IMG/VR virus record: IMGVR_UViG_3300032242_002041
Span: 164,287 to 228,286 of that record
Length of the DNA stretch: 64,000 nt
Reading direction: 5' to 3' (one strand)
Of this stretch, positions 55,722 to 64,000 are shown piece after piece. Both the position numbers and the translations under genes were made by a program. Positions within the stretch are counted from its first letter, which is position 1; each line of letters begins with the position of its first letter. Under the pieces are notes generated by a model. The model saw nothing but the letters and a program-made list of their open reading frames with translations, was not told the origin of the DNA and made no database searches.

Positions 55722-56306
55722 TTAAATTAATCCAGCGGCGCTTTGGATTGCTTGTAGTGCTGGGTCTTTACGATCGTAAATAGCAACAACTGGCATGCCT
55801 GCTGCTATGCGCATTTCATTAAGATCTGCATCCGAACGTTCACGATATGCTTTAGGACTTAGTGGTACTGTGCTGTCGAATGCATCACGGCTAAATGGAA
55901 CGGACTGACCTTTATAATGCATGGTCCAATCTGTGGCCTTTTCAAATTCCGTAAGAGTATTCAAGTCATCTAAGAGCTCTTCTACCTGTGCTCCGGCTGT
56001 TGAACGGCGACGTATTTCAACGTAAACTAGGTAACGGTTGGGTTTAATTTCACCTGGACTACGGTCAGCATCAAGAACAAAGTCGTAGCCTTTTTCAAAC
56101 CATGACATCAGATCTTTGGCTGCCTGCGGATCACGTACAAAAAAACTCAATACAATGATATCATCATCATCGCCCATTTTGCTTGAAAATTCATCCACGT
56201 GAATAGTAGGCTTCATTAGGCCATCTAAATCTTTAAAATTAAGATTTTCAGAAAGCAGGTTGAGTGGGTTGTTGGAGTTGTTGTTGTGCATTTTCAGCTT
56301 TCTCAT
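55722..56306 (-). CDS. hypothetical phage protein
   Basis: ORF; IHVDEFSSKMG..FVLDAD.SPGE. Confidence 0.7.
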   Translation of the reverse strand: MRKLKMHNNNSNNPLNLLSENLNFKDLDGLMKPTIHVDEFSSKMGDDDDIIVLSFFVRDPQAAKDLMSWFEKGYDFVLDADRSPGEIKPNRYLVYVEIRRRSTAGAQVEELLDDLNTLTEFEKATDWTMHYKGQSVPFSRDAFDSTVPLSPKAYRERSDADLNEMRIAAGMPVVAIYDRKDPALQAIQSAAGLI

Positions 56307-56838
56307 CGCTTTGATAACTATCTTGATCTAGATCCTTCTCGTAGGCTTGATCTAAATCCTCTAAATCAATTTCTTCATCTTCTAATTCTACAGAGCCTGT
56401 GCGGATATCGCTCATCAAGGCCTTGGGCATGGAGATCTGTACTAACCATATTTTCTTTTCTATCAAGCGAGCTTTTTTGGTACCAGGACGATAATCACTG
56501 GGATCTTCAATCTTCATGGGTACTTGCATATTGGTTTTTTTGTATTTGACTTCACAGTCAAATGGCAACAATCTGCGTCCACCACGTGGATCTGGCATAA
56601 GATTTTCAGGCCACATAAAAATGCAGGTCACACGATATTTTCCAATATCAGGGCCACTAACTAGCTCACCAATAGCCCAGTTTTTAAAAGCATATAAATC
56701 CAGCTCGTCAAGCACACGCTCAAAGTCTAGTAGAGTCAGCAGACTGCCTTCGCTAAGATAGATATCCTGAATATTTTGGGCTACTTGCCAGTAGTCGCTC
56801 CCATCCTTGAATATGGCTTGGTCAATGGTTTTGCTCAT
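56248..56838 (-). CDS. hypothetical phage protein
   Basis: ORF with TAAATA at 56844-56849; acidic tail. Confidence 0.7.
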   Translation of the reverse strand: MSKTIDQAIFKDGSDYWQVAQNIQDIYLSEGSLLTLLDFERVLDELDLYAFKNWAIGELVSGPDIGKYRVTCIFMWPENLMPDPRGGRRLLPFDCEVKYKKTNMQVPMKIEDPSDYRPGTKKARLIEKKIWLVQISMPKALMSDIRTGSVELEDEEIDLEDLDQAYEKDLDQDSYQSDEKAENAQQQLQQPTQPAF

Positions 56839-57016
56839 ACAGTTATTTATGGTGTTTTGGAAGAGTCGAATACTTTGAAGATGCGTGTGGACAGCTTAAT
56901 ACTTAGTCCGTTTTTAACTTGTTTAGTACCCATATTAAATGATTTGGCATTCATCTGTAAATATTTCTAACAGCATGTCGCTGTTAGAAGTAATCTAACC
57001 CACTACACGGAGTATC

Positions 57017-57754
57017 ATGAGTAGACAAAAAGCAGTTAGTAAACAACAAAAACGTCAAATGACATACCAAGAAAACACCATAAGATTTGATCAAGCAAAA
57101 CCACAAAAGCAAAGGCCCATTGATATCGTGCCACGTTCACGCAATCAAGAACGCCTTGTATTAGCTTTACAAAGTGCTGATCAGCATATTGTGGTCACAG
57201 CAGGGCCAGCAGGAACAGGAAAGACATATTTGGCCATGCTAGCAGCAGTCAAGGCTTTTAGAGCTGGAGAAGTAGATCGCATAGTATTAACGCGACCAGC
57301 AGTAGGAGTGGAAGATGAAAAGCATGGGTTCCTACCCGGTGATTTAAATCAAAAAATGGATCCGTGGGTTCGCCCATTGACCGATATACTTAGAGAGTAC
57401 TATCGTCAGCCCGACATCCAGGCCATGATAGAGGAGCAAACTATAGAGATTGCCCCGCTCGCTTTCATGCGAGGTCGTACTTTCAAAAGTGCATATATTA
57501 TAGCTGATGAGATGCAGAACGCAACTCCTAGTCAGGTAAAAATGCTGATGACCCGTATCGGCGAAGGCTCAAAAATCGTAATCACGGGCGATGTAGAACA
57601 GGCGGATCGCAACCGCGGCAACAACGGGTTAATGGACCTATGCCAAAGATTGCAGGAAGGAGGTGTAAAGGGAATAGCTGTTTGTCATTTGGACAACCGA
57701 GACATACAGCGGCATGCTATCATTGATAGTGTGCTTACGCTTTACGCTGACTGA
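57017..57754 (+). CDS. phoH: PhoH-like ATPase
   Basis: GPAGTGKT, GFLPG, FMRGRT, DEMQN, TRIG, GD.EQ.D. Confidence 0.95.
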   Translation: MSRQKAVSKQQKRQMTYQENTIRFDQAKPQKQRPIDIVPRSRNQERLVLALQSADQHIVVTAGPAGTGKTYLAMLAAVKAFRAGEVDRIVLTRPAVGVEDEKHGFLPGDLNQKMDPWVRPLTDILREYYRQPDIQAMIEEQTIEIAPLAFMRGRTFKSAYIIADEMQNATPSQVKMLMTRIGEGSKIVITGDVEQADRNRGNNGLMDLCQRLQEGGVKGIAVCHLDNRDIQRHAIIDSVLTLYAD

Positions 57755-58356
57755 CCAGTAATGTGTTCATAAATGTGCCTCCAGTTTTTTACTATTGTAA
57801 TATCTGGATGGTGCTTGTGCATATTATGACCATGTTCCAGGACTAGAGGGCTGAGACCATATTTGTACCCGGTCTCAGCATTCTCCCATTTATCTTCAAT
57901 CCAAAATAATCCAGTGCCTTCATATTCTTCCAAGGCATCGTCTTTGTGTGCGCCAGTGTCTAGACATACAATTCTTTCAAATGCTGTTGGCCCAAACATT
58001 TTGTGAATATTCATTTCGCGCAATCTTTGAGCATTAGGATCAAGACTTAGTGAAGTAATACAGTGGAAGATGTATCCATGTTCTTCGTGCAAGCGTTTGA
58101 CATAGTACATGGCATCACGTTGGGCTGGTAAAAATCCAATTGCGGCACTTTCGTTGAATATACGAATTAATTTGACCACTTGCTCTCTGGGTATGCCGTA
58201 GCGTACACTCATATCATAATTGAGCTTACTGCCCGGAACTTCTTCGAAACCGTGCTCCTGCATCCAAACATTAAAGGCCCACTCCCAGTCGAGTAAACAC
58301 CCGTCTGCGTCAGTTAGGATTAATTTGTTTTTTTTGTTTCTATATTTCGATTTCAT
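57742..58356 (-). CDS. HAD-family 5'-nucleotidase-like phosphatase
   Basis: DADGCLLD, ITS, WIEDK; TTGACC-17-TATAAT promoter at 58363-58391. Confidence 0.8.
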   Translation of the reverse strand: MKSKYRNKKNKLILTDADGCLLDWEWAFNVWMQEHGFEEVPGSKLNYDMSVRYGIPREQVVKLIRIFNESAAIGFLPAQRDAMYYVKRLHEEHGYIFHCITSLSLDPNAQRLREMNIHKMFGPTAFERIVCLDTGAHKDDALEEYEGTGLFWIEDKWENAETGYKYGLSPLVLEHGHNMHKHHPDITIVKNWRHIYEHITGQSA

Positions 58357-58387
58357 AATAATATTATACTTGAAATCGATTTAATGG

Positions 58388-58672
58388 TCAACCAGCTGGA
58401 ATTTCAGCTTTTATATCAACAGGATGCCCGTTTTCTGCAAATAAACGTTCCATAATGCTGGTATAGAATGGATAGTAATATCCAACAATACGATCCCAAT
58501 CTTTAGGAATGGTTGTATCACGCAAGGCGGCCTTAAGAACTTTTAGTTCTTTAAAGTCTAGAATTACGCTGGCAGTTTGCCAATCTTTAGTTCTAACCCG
58601 GGTAGCCACAGTCATACCTTCATCAATTTTACCATTAGCCTGGTAAAAGTAGGTTAACATTAAGTATCTCAT
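58388..58672 (-). CDS. hypothetical protein
   Basis: Overlaps the clamp loader stop. Confidence 0.65.
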   Translation of the reverse strand: MRYLMLTYFYQANGKIDEGMTVATRVRTKDWQTASVILDFKELKVLKAALRDTTIPKDWDRIVGYYYPFYTSIMERLFAENGHPVDIKAEIPAG

Positions 58673-59589
58673 AATCTGCTCAATTCTACTAGAGTGGATG
58701 ATAAATTAATCTCTTGGTCTGCTACCAAGGGCATATTGGCCATGCCATTCTTAATAATAATAATAGCAGAATCCTGTTTTTCTACATCAGTAGACCACAG
58801 GTCCAAGTTGTCATACATCCATCGAAAAATATCTTCAGTTTCTTCTGGAGTACTTTGCTGACAAATCAGTGTGCGAGCTTCGCGAATCTTTCCAGCTTTA
58901 AACAATTGAACACAGTCTAACTTCCAATCGCCCACACTTTTATCTGTTGTGTTGGGAGCATTCAACACACCGGCTTGACTATTTTGTTGTAGCAACTGCA
59001 AACACTTACGCAGGTCTGGATAGGTAGCACGAACATAACTGTCTAGGGTATCGATGTCAAACTCTACGTTCTCTGTGACCAACACAGTGGCCGCACGGGC
59101 TGTAAATTCTGTATGATCCGTTTTTAGAATATGTAATTGTTGCAGTCTCGAATGTAGCGGTGGAATAATCTTGTTAGGATAGTTACAAGTTAAAATAAAA
59201 CGGACGCTGTGACTGTAGTCTTCCATTAAGTTACGCATAGCTGGCTGAACACTATTAGGATTCAAATAGTCCGCTTCGTCAATGAACACTACTTTAAAGT
59301 TACCATAAGGCATGGTTTGACAAAATGAAATTAGTTTGTCTACCCATTCAATCTTACGTCCTTCTTTACTACCATTGGCATATAGGACATCAAACTCGTC
59401 TACTCCAAGCTCATTGATCAGCATCTTGCCAAGAGTAGTTTTACCTGTGCCCGGGCTACCACTAAACAATAGATTTGGAATAGATTGATCCTTAATCCAT
59501 GCCTCTACTTGCTGGCGTTGATTATCATCTACAAATACATAACCGTCAATTGTTTTAGGTCTGTATTTTTCTATCCACAGTTCGTTCAT
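58669..59589 (-). CDS. clamp loader AAA+ subunit (gp44/RFC-like)
   Basis: WIEKYRP, GSPGTGKTT, IDEADYL, FILTCNY, SR motif. Confidence 0.93.
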   Translation of the reverse strand: MNELWIEKYRPKTIDGYVFVDDNQRQQVEAWIKDQSIPNLLFSGSPGTGKTTLGKMLINELGVDEFDVLYANGSKEGRKIEWVDKLISFCQTMPYGNFKVVFIDEADYLNPNSVQPAMRNLMEDYSHSVRFILTCNYPNKIIPPLHSRLQQLHILKTDHTEFTARAATVLVTENVEFDIDTLDSYVRATYPDLRKCLQLLQQNSQAGVLNAPNTTDKSVGDWKLDCVQLFKAGKIREARTLICQQSTPEETEDIFRWMYDNLDLWSTDVEKQDSAIIIIKNGMANMPLVADQEINLSSTLVELSRL

Positions 59590-59781
59590 TTACACTAGTT
59601 CCTCAGCGATTCCTAAAAGTTCTGCAATGGCCAACAAAATAGCCGCAGTTTGAATTTCGTAGAACGCTAAGGCAAAGCAAGCACCAAGGCGGAATCCGCT
59701 TTTGACCAGGCTAATGGCCTTGTGCTTACCTGCATCTGGATGTTGTTCTAGTTGAGTTGTTTTTGGTTTAGTTAATGCCAT
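59590..59781 (-). CDS. small membrane protein
   Basis: ISLVKSGFR..AELLGIAEELV hydrophobic helices. Confidence 0.65.
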   Translation of the reverse strand: MALTKPKTTQLEQHPDAGKHKAISLVKSGFRLGACFALAFYEIQTAAILLAIAELLGIAEELV

Positions 59782-59782
59782 T

Positions 59783-59935
59783 TTATTTTCCCTTAAAAAA
59801 ATTAATTAAATTCATAAATCTTAGTTTTACTGCCGACGAATTGATTGTTGCTGGGTGATACGGGCAACGACCTTGCCGATAATCGCACATGGGCGTGTAT
59901 TTTTTGCCGCAGGTTTTGCAATTTGTTTGTTTCAT
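59783..59935 (-). CDS. 50-aa Cys/His zinc-finger-like protein (not in ORF track)
   Basis: MKQTNCKTCGKKYTPMCDYRQGRCPYHP...; TTGCTA-17-TATACT upstream. Confidence 0.6.
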   Translation of the reverse strand: MKQTNCKTCGKKYTPMCDYRQGRCPYHPATINSSAVKLRFMNLINFFKGK

Positions 59936-59983
59936 TGTAATAGTATAAACGGTTTTACTAAATTTAGCAATACCGTTTGGTGA

Positions 59984-60385
59984 TTATTCTTTGATTTGTT
60001 TTGGTATGTGAACAGCATCACTTTGTGTGTCGTCCTGGGGACGATCCGCCCTATCGCTGATCAATAAAATATCTTTGGGATCAATTTTACGAATGGTGCG
60101 TTTGTGCGCTACCTGTCCATCTTCGATGTCGATGCCTCGTGTCCAACGTCCGTGTGCTACCATGATCCATTGTCCTACTCGAACTTCTGTTTGTTTTGGA
60201 CCTACAGCGTAGACACGACCCCAACGTGGACGAATACCTAGACTGGTTCCGTTATCATTGGGTAGGATAATACCTGACTGTGTAATGCGTGTATCAAACT
60301 CCATGTCTGCTACTAATATATTATCGTGCAGGGCTTTAATTTGTTCTTGTTGAATTTGGTGTGGTGCAAATGCCGCTTTAGTCAT
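59984..60385 (-). CDS. groES: co-chaperonin GroES-like
   Basis: LHDNILV, TQSGIILP, GRVYAVGP, VRVGQ. Confidence 0.85.
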   Translation of the reverse strand: MTKAAFAPHQIQQEQIKALHDNILVADMEFDTRITQSGIILPNDNGTSLGIRPRWGRVYAVGPKQTEVRVGQWIMVAHGRWTRGIDIEDGQVAHKRTIRKIDPKDILLISDRADRPQDDTQSDAVHIPKQIKE

Positions 60386-60393
60386 AGGTCCTC

Positions 60394-60867
60394 TTAAAAT
60401 TTTCTTACGCCTTTGTCTTGCGCTTGTTGGCGTCGTGTTTTGTCTAAATTCTGCTTGATTTCTCTACTGCGAGCAATGGCCTCGGCGAGTCCGCCAGCTA
60501 CTGGTTCCAGACTTGGTGCAGGCTCTGTAACCGGCTCCGTCACAGGTGCAGGTGCTACAACTGGTTCTGGTGTAGGATCTGCTACAAGTGTTACCACTGG
60601 TGCAGGTGGCTCTACATTTGTTTTGGTTTCTCGAACTTTTTTAGAGCTTGACTGAACTGGGGCAGCAGATACATTAGTTGTGGTACGATCGCTTTGTCGT
60701 TGAATTTGCTTTGCCTTAGTTTCAATAACTTGATTATTACTGTCTAATTTATCGCCTCGTGCATTGACTTTCATGTTGCCAACAGCACGTACATGTTCGT
60801 TTTGTAACATTATAGTGCCCAGATCAACGGACTTTCCTTGCGCACTTTTGTAAACTTTACTGGTCAT
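60394..60867 (-). CDS. hypothetical protein with Pro-rich linker
   Basis: AVGNMKVNARGD motif; TAAATA at 60892-60897. Confidence 0.7.
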   Translation of the reverse strand: MTSKVYKSAQGKSVDLGTIMLQNEHVRAVGNMKVNARGDKLDSNNQVIETKAKQIQRQSDRTTTNVSAAPVQSSSKKVRETKTNVEPPAPVVTLVADPTPEPVVAPAPVTEPVTEPAPSLEPVAGGLAEAIARSREIKQNLDKTRRQQAQDKGVRKF

Positions 60868-60894
60868 TATCGTTTCCTTGGAGTAATATTGTAT

Positions 60895-61416
60895 TTAACG
60901 TAAAAATTCACCTGGATCTAAATTATAGTGCAGGCTATTGATACGGTGTACACCCAATTTGTATAATACAAAACTTGCCACACTGGAACCACGTCCTACA
61001 CCCCAAATAATACGGTTAGCGACCATGGTATCTACCAGATATTTTAAATAGCGTAACAAATCAAATAGGTCACGTTCTTGATACAACAACAACTCTTGAC
61101 CGCAGCGTTGTAATTCGGCCTCGTCATTGCACAAATTTAATATGTGTTGAGCAATGTCAATTGTTTTATATTCATCGGGCATGTGCCAGGACTGTTGTTG
61201 TATTAGGTGAAACTCTGGAACCGATGATTCTTGGCTATAAGGAAACGACCAAGTAAGTAATGACTCTGGACGCTCAATGTATCTAGCCAGCTCTTCAAGA
61301 TTAACACTATCGTCAACTACTAGGTGTTTTAAAGAATCGATATTGCGTCCTTGCATAAGCAAATCGCATACATCGTTTTCTGAAAAAACTACCTCACTAA
61401 ATTTATTTTGTTTCAT
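60895..61416 (-). CDS. stand-alone fragment of DNA polymerase III alpha (DnaE-like)
   Basis: IIWGVGRGSSVASFVLYKLGVHRINSLHYNLDPGEFLR matches the DnaE GRGS region. Confidence 0.75.
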   Translation of the reverse strand: MKQNKFSEVVFSENDVCDLLMQGRNIDSLKHLVVDDSVNLEELARYIERPESLLTWSFPYSQESSVPEFHLIQQQSWHMPDEYKTIDIAQHILNLCNDEAELQRCGQELLLYQERDLFDLLRYLKYLVDTMVANRIIWGVGRGSSVASFVLYKLGVHRINSLHYNLDPGEFLR

Positions 61417-62011
61417 CGGGCTGTTTAAAATCTGCAAACACTACAATGTTTCCTGATGCGTCCGAAGTTGGTATATCGGACCATGCCAAGTCTATATCTC
61501 TCCAGGCTGTAGACTGGGGTATAGATACTACTTTGTCAGACTCTACGGGCACAAAATCACTGTGTGTTAAATCAGCGGTGGTCCACCAGTCTGGTTGCTC
61601 ATATCCCAAGGTATTTTCAAATTCACTGTGCAGGTAAGTCATATTTTCACCATAGGTGCTAGATAATTCGGTTTCTACTATGTTCATACGATCTTCGGTA
61701 ATGGCATTAAGTTTATAGTATAACATAATTCCTACCAACTGATCTACAGGGTCTCCAGGCATAGTGGTTATGTTAAGGTCTGCTTGAACAAATCGTTGGC
61801 ACTCGTTTTTTAATTCACTACTAATAAAAATAGTACTGTCTATTTGTGTATAGAGAAAATATTTGATTCGTTCAAATGAAATATTTTGATCAGCTGGATT
61901 TTCACTATTGGTTGTCATCCACAGTCTAAGGTTGTAGTTGTTCATACGCAACGTACCATCATAGTATACGCCGGCAGTAAAAGACATGTCATACTTGAGT
62001 CGTACATTCAT
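61403..62011 (-). CDS. hypothetical protein
   Basis: Operon ORF. Confidence 0.7.
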   Translation of the reverse strand: MNVRLKYDMSFTAGVYYDGTLRMNNYNLRLWMTTNSENPADQNISFERIKYFLYTQIDSTIFISSELKNECQRFVQADLNITTMPGDPVDQLVGIMLYYKLNAITEDRMNIVETELSSTYGENMTYLHSEFENTLGYEQPDWWTTADLTHSDFVPVESDKVVSIPQSTAWRDIDLAWSDIPTSDASGNIVVFADFKQPDETK

Positions 62012-62229
62012 GATATGTCAATCACGCTGTCAAAGTTAGTGTCTGGATTGTTACGAATTTTTTCTTGATATTTGGTTTGATAACTTTCGATAGCCATTCT
62101 GAGTTGATTGCAAAGGTCATTATTGCCCATACGATAGGCTATGCCCAATTTACGATTGAGCTCAGAAATTTTTTCTAGAAGTTGTTCGGCTGTAAACTCT
62201 TCTAAACTAGCAATTAAAGGATGTTCCAT
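62008..62229 (-). CDS. hypothetical protein
   Basis: ORF with TTGACT-17-TACAAT promoter at 62236-62264. Confidence 0.65.
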   Translation of the reverse strand: MEHPLIASLEEFTAEQLLEKISELNRKLGIAYRMGNNDLCNQLRMAIESYQTKYQEKIRNNPDTNFDSVIDIS

Positions 62230-62274
62230 ATACCTATTGTATATGATTACGTGACAAAAGTCAACTAGTTTTGG

Positions 62275-63165
62275 TTAGCCAAATACAGCACCGTTGTTGC
62301 CGACACAGTACCATTTACTATTTGCATATCGTAAACTGCATCCCTGACCAATGGTACTAAATGTGATAGTGCCTGATCCAGATGATTTCCATCCAGCATT
62401 GGCCACAGTAATAACCATATTGCCGGCAGAGGCAGTCATAATAAACTCTTTAACTTGACCGATTACACCGGCAGCCAAAGTAGCTGTCCATGCACCGGTT
62501 GTGGCAAATTTGGTACTGGTTACAGCTAAACTACAAGCCTGACCAGTAGCACTAAGAGTTTCACCTGTAGCGTTAAACGGAGCAAGTTCTTTATTATTTT
62601 CAAAAACAGTAATAGTAGTTCCGGCATTGCTGGTTACAAATTGAAAACTGTATACCCCAACTGCGGCAAAAGTTATTACATTGGTCAATACGTTTAATCC
62701 TTGAATTCCAGCAGCATTAACTGAAACAGCTGAAGGAAGTGTTAACGTATGTGCAACACTAGTTACTGTAGCTACTACGGTAACAGAGGCTGCAGCTCCT
62801 GCGGCAGGAAAATTGCTAAACGCTAAACTAACGGCACCATTGGTGCTCAAGGTCTGATAACTGCCCAAAGCATAGTTGATAGTAACAGAACTGGCCACTG
62901 GTCCTAAGGCCACGGTGGTCTGGTACATGTTTTTTAAATAACCATTACTTAAGGTACTGGTTTGTAGGTTATTGACCACTGGCTGACTGTTGGCCAAACT
63001 AGCGGTTAACACTGCGGTATTTTGTAAAGCAGTTATTTCGTCGGCTGCAAATTGGAAATTAGTAGACGTATTGGTAAAATTTGTACGAAATCCTTGCGAA
63101 TTATTGTCTTGTCCGGCAACTGGATAAGCGCCGTCGATGTTGTTTGGGTTAATGTTACTTGTCAT
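62275..63165 (-). CDS. putative tail/structural protein
   Basis: YPVAGQDNNSQGFRTNF N-terminus, Ser/Thr/Ala beta-rich body; TATAAATA at 63189-63196. Confidence 0.65.
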   Translation of the reverse strand: MTSNINPNNIDGAYPVAGQDNNSQGFRTNFTNTSTNFQFAADEITALQNTAVLTASLANSQPVVNNLQTSTLSNGYLKNMYQTTVALGPVASSVTINYALGSYQTLSTNGAVSLAFSNFPAAGAAASVTVVATVTSVAHTLTLPSAVSVNAAGIQGLNVLTNVITFAAVGVYSFQFVTSNAGTTITVFENNKELAPFNATGETLSATGQACSLAVTSTKFATTGAWTATLAAGVIGQVKEFIMTASAGNMVITVANAGWKSSGSGTITFSTIGQGCSLRYANSKWYCVGNNGAVFG

Positions 63166-63234
63166 AGGTATTCCTAGGTTATATGATGTATTTATACTGG
63201 ATTATTCTAACTGGGTAAATCTTATTATTGTGGA

Positions 63235-64000
63235 TTATAATATTACTGCAATAATGATTTTTTCGCCGTCTGCAAGATCAGTTTCAAGCGATTTGGCAAA
63301 TACAGACATGGCATAACTGCGATCTCTTCCTATACTTTGGGCAAATCCTGCTTGCGAACTAGCAACCAAATTGTCACCTTTGTTTACCGGACCTACGACT
63401 TTTACAGGCACACGACCACGCAAGGCCACTGGCAGCCCAGATTGGCTAGCATTCATTAGGTGTGCTGGCTGAGTACTAATAGCCCCTGCAACTCGTTCGT
63501 CGGCCATTTCTGTAGTCACGGTTATTTCTTGTTTGCCACCAAATATAACCACAGTACCGGGTGCATAATCTGCATCTGACAAATAATTCTCTGCCAAGTC
63601 CGCGTATACTGCTGATGTTGCTTTGGCAAATACCGTGTTAAAATATCCAGTTGAGTTACCGATATTGCCAACGGCATTGGCATTGTTATTGATAATATTA
63701 CCAACAGTTAAACTTGATATATTTGTGATATTGTATCCAGCACCAGCAATATTAGAAGTCAGTGTGCCGCTAAAGGTTCCTGTAGCGCCAGTGGCACCTG
63801 CACCAGTAGCACCAGTAGCACCTGTGGCACCCGAGGCGCCGCCGCCTGGGCCAGTAGCTCCAGTAATGCCAGTAGCGCCTGTAGCGCCTGCACCAGTGGC
63901 ACCAGTACTTCCCTGAATACCTGTAGAGCCAACAATACCAGTGGCACCTGTAGCGCCTGCACCAGTGGCACCAGTACTTCCCTGAATACCTGTAGAGCCA
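63235..64000 (-). CDS. tail fibre C-terminus with collagen-like repeats and intramolecular-chaperone/peptidase G2-like domain (5' end outside window)
   Basis: Frame continues past 63597 to the window end; (GAT)n collagen triplets; [27 protein letters not shown]. Confidence 0.75.
   Translation of the reverse strand, partial: GSTGIQGSTGATGAGATGATGIVGSTGIQGSTGATGAGATGATGITGATGPGGGASGATGATGATGAGATGATGTFSGTLTSNIAGAGYNITNISSLTVGNIINNNANAVGNIGNSTGYFNTVFAKATSAVYADLAENYLSDADYAPGTVVIFGGKQEITVTTEMADERVAGAISTQPAHLMNASQSGLPVALRGRVPVKVVGPVNKGDNLVASSQAGFAQSIGRDRSYAMSVFAKSLETDLADGEKIIIAVIL
63778..64000. repeat. collagen-like Gly-X-Y repeat with a 69-bp-period direct repeat
   Basis: cctgtagcgcctgcaccagtggcaccagtacttccctgaatacctgtagagcca occurs twice. 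Confidence 0.85.

Noticed and set aside
60895-61416. dnaE pseudogene
   Set aside because: Coupled start, clean stop and no downstream remnant of the rest of dnaE; treated as a stand-alone fragment
1-64000. Stop-codon reassignment; most short plus-strand ORFs in the track
   Set aside because: Genes are intact and tightly packed under the standard code with TAA, TGA and TAG stops; short plus-strand ORFs lie antisense to well-supported genes (only 54313 and 57017 accepted)

Overview
This window is part of a large tailed-phage genome, not a bacterial chromosome. Genes are densely packed and almost all on the minus strand. It has a T4-like replisome (PolB, sliding clamp, clamp loader), PhoH, GroES, a GH19 endolysin/spanin/holin lysis cassette and a collagen-like fibre. 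Spanins and a Bug/TctC protein suggest a Gram-negative, possibly betaproteobacterial, host (inference). Main blocks: (1) 1-19.3 kb, a 7-deazaguanine DNA-modification pathway (folE, queD, queE, a QueD-like DpdL with LxxxHRHxF, a divergent TGT/DpdA, a phosphoribosyltransferase; no queC here), interleaved with nucleotide-sugar and glycosyltransferase genes. (2) 19.3-25 kb, replication. (3) 26.3-40.7 kb, the most striking block: genes starting with a T4 internal-protein-like M(R/K)xx(E/D)F leader and built as polyproteins. Their enzyme and peptide modules (deaminase, GNAT, ParB-like, nucleotidyltransferase, metalloprotease, ADP-ribosyltransferase, amidoligase, Cys-rich basic peptides) are separated by (L/I/V)-x-E sites, suggesting a protease-processed, capsid-packaged effector arsenal. 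One module is a paralogue of an unknown gene in the deazaguanine cluster. (4) Chaperones (ClpA, DnaJ) and lysis. (5) 50.7-55.7 kb, a small biosynthetic-like operon (diiron ferritin-like, GATase, TctC, sulfotransferase-like, 2OG oxygenase, ACP-like methyltransferase). (6) A stand-alone DnaE fragment and tail genes. Two promoter classes (sigma70-like and TAAATA) are visible. So are structured leaders on queD, folE and polB and an about 115-nt structured intergenic RNA candidate. All functional calls come from motif recognition by eye; no searches were run.
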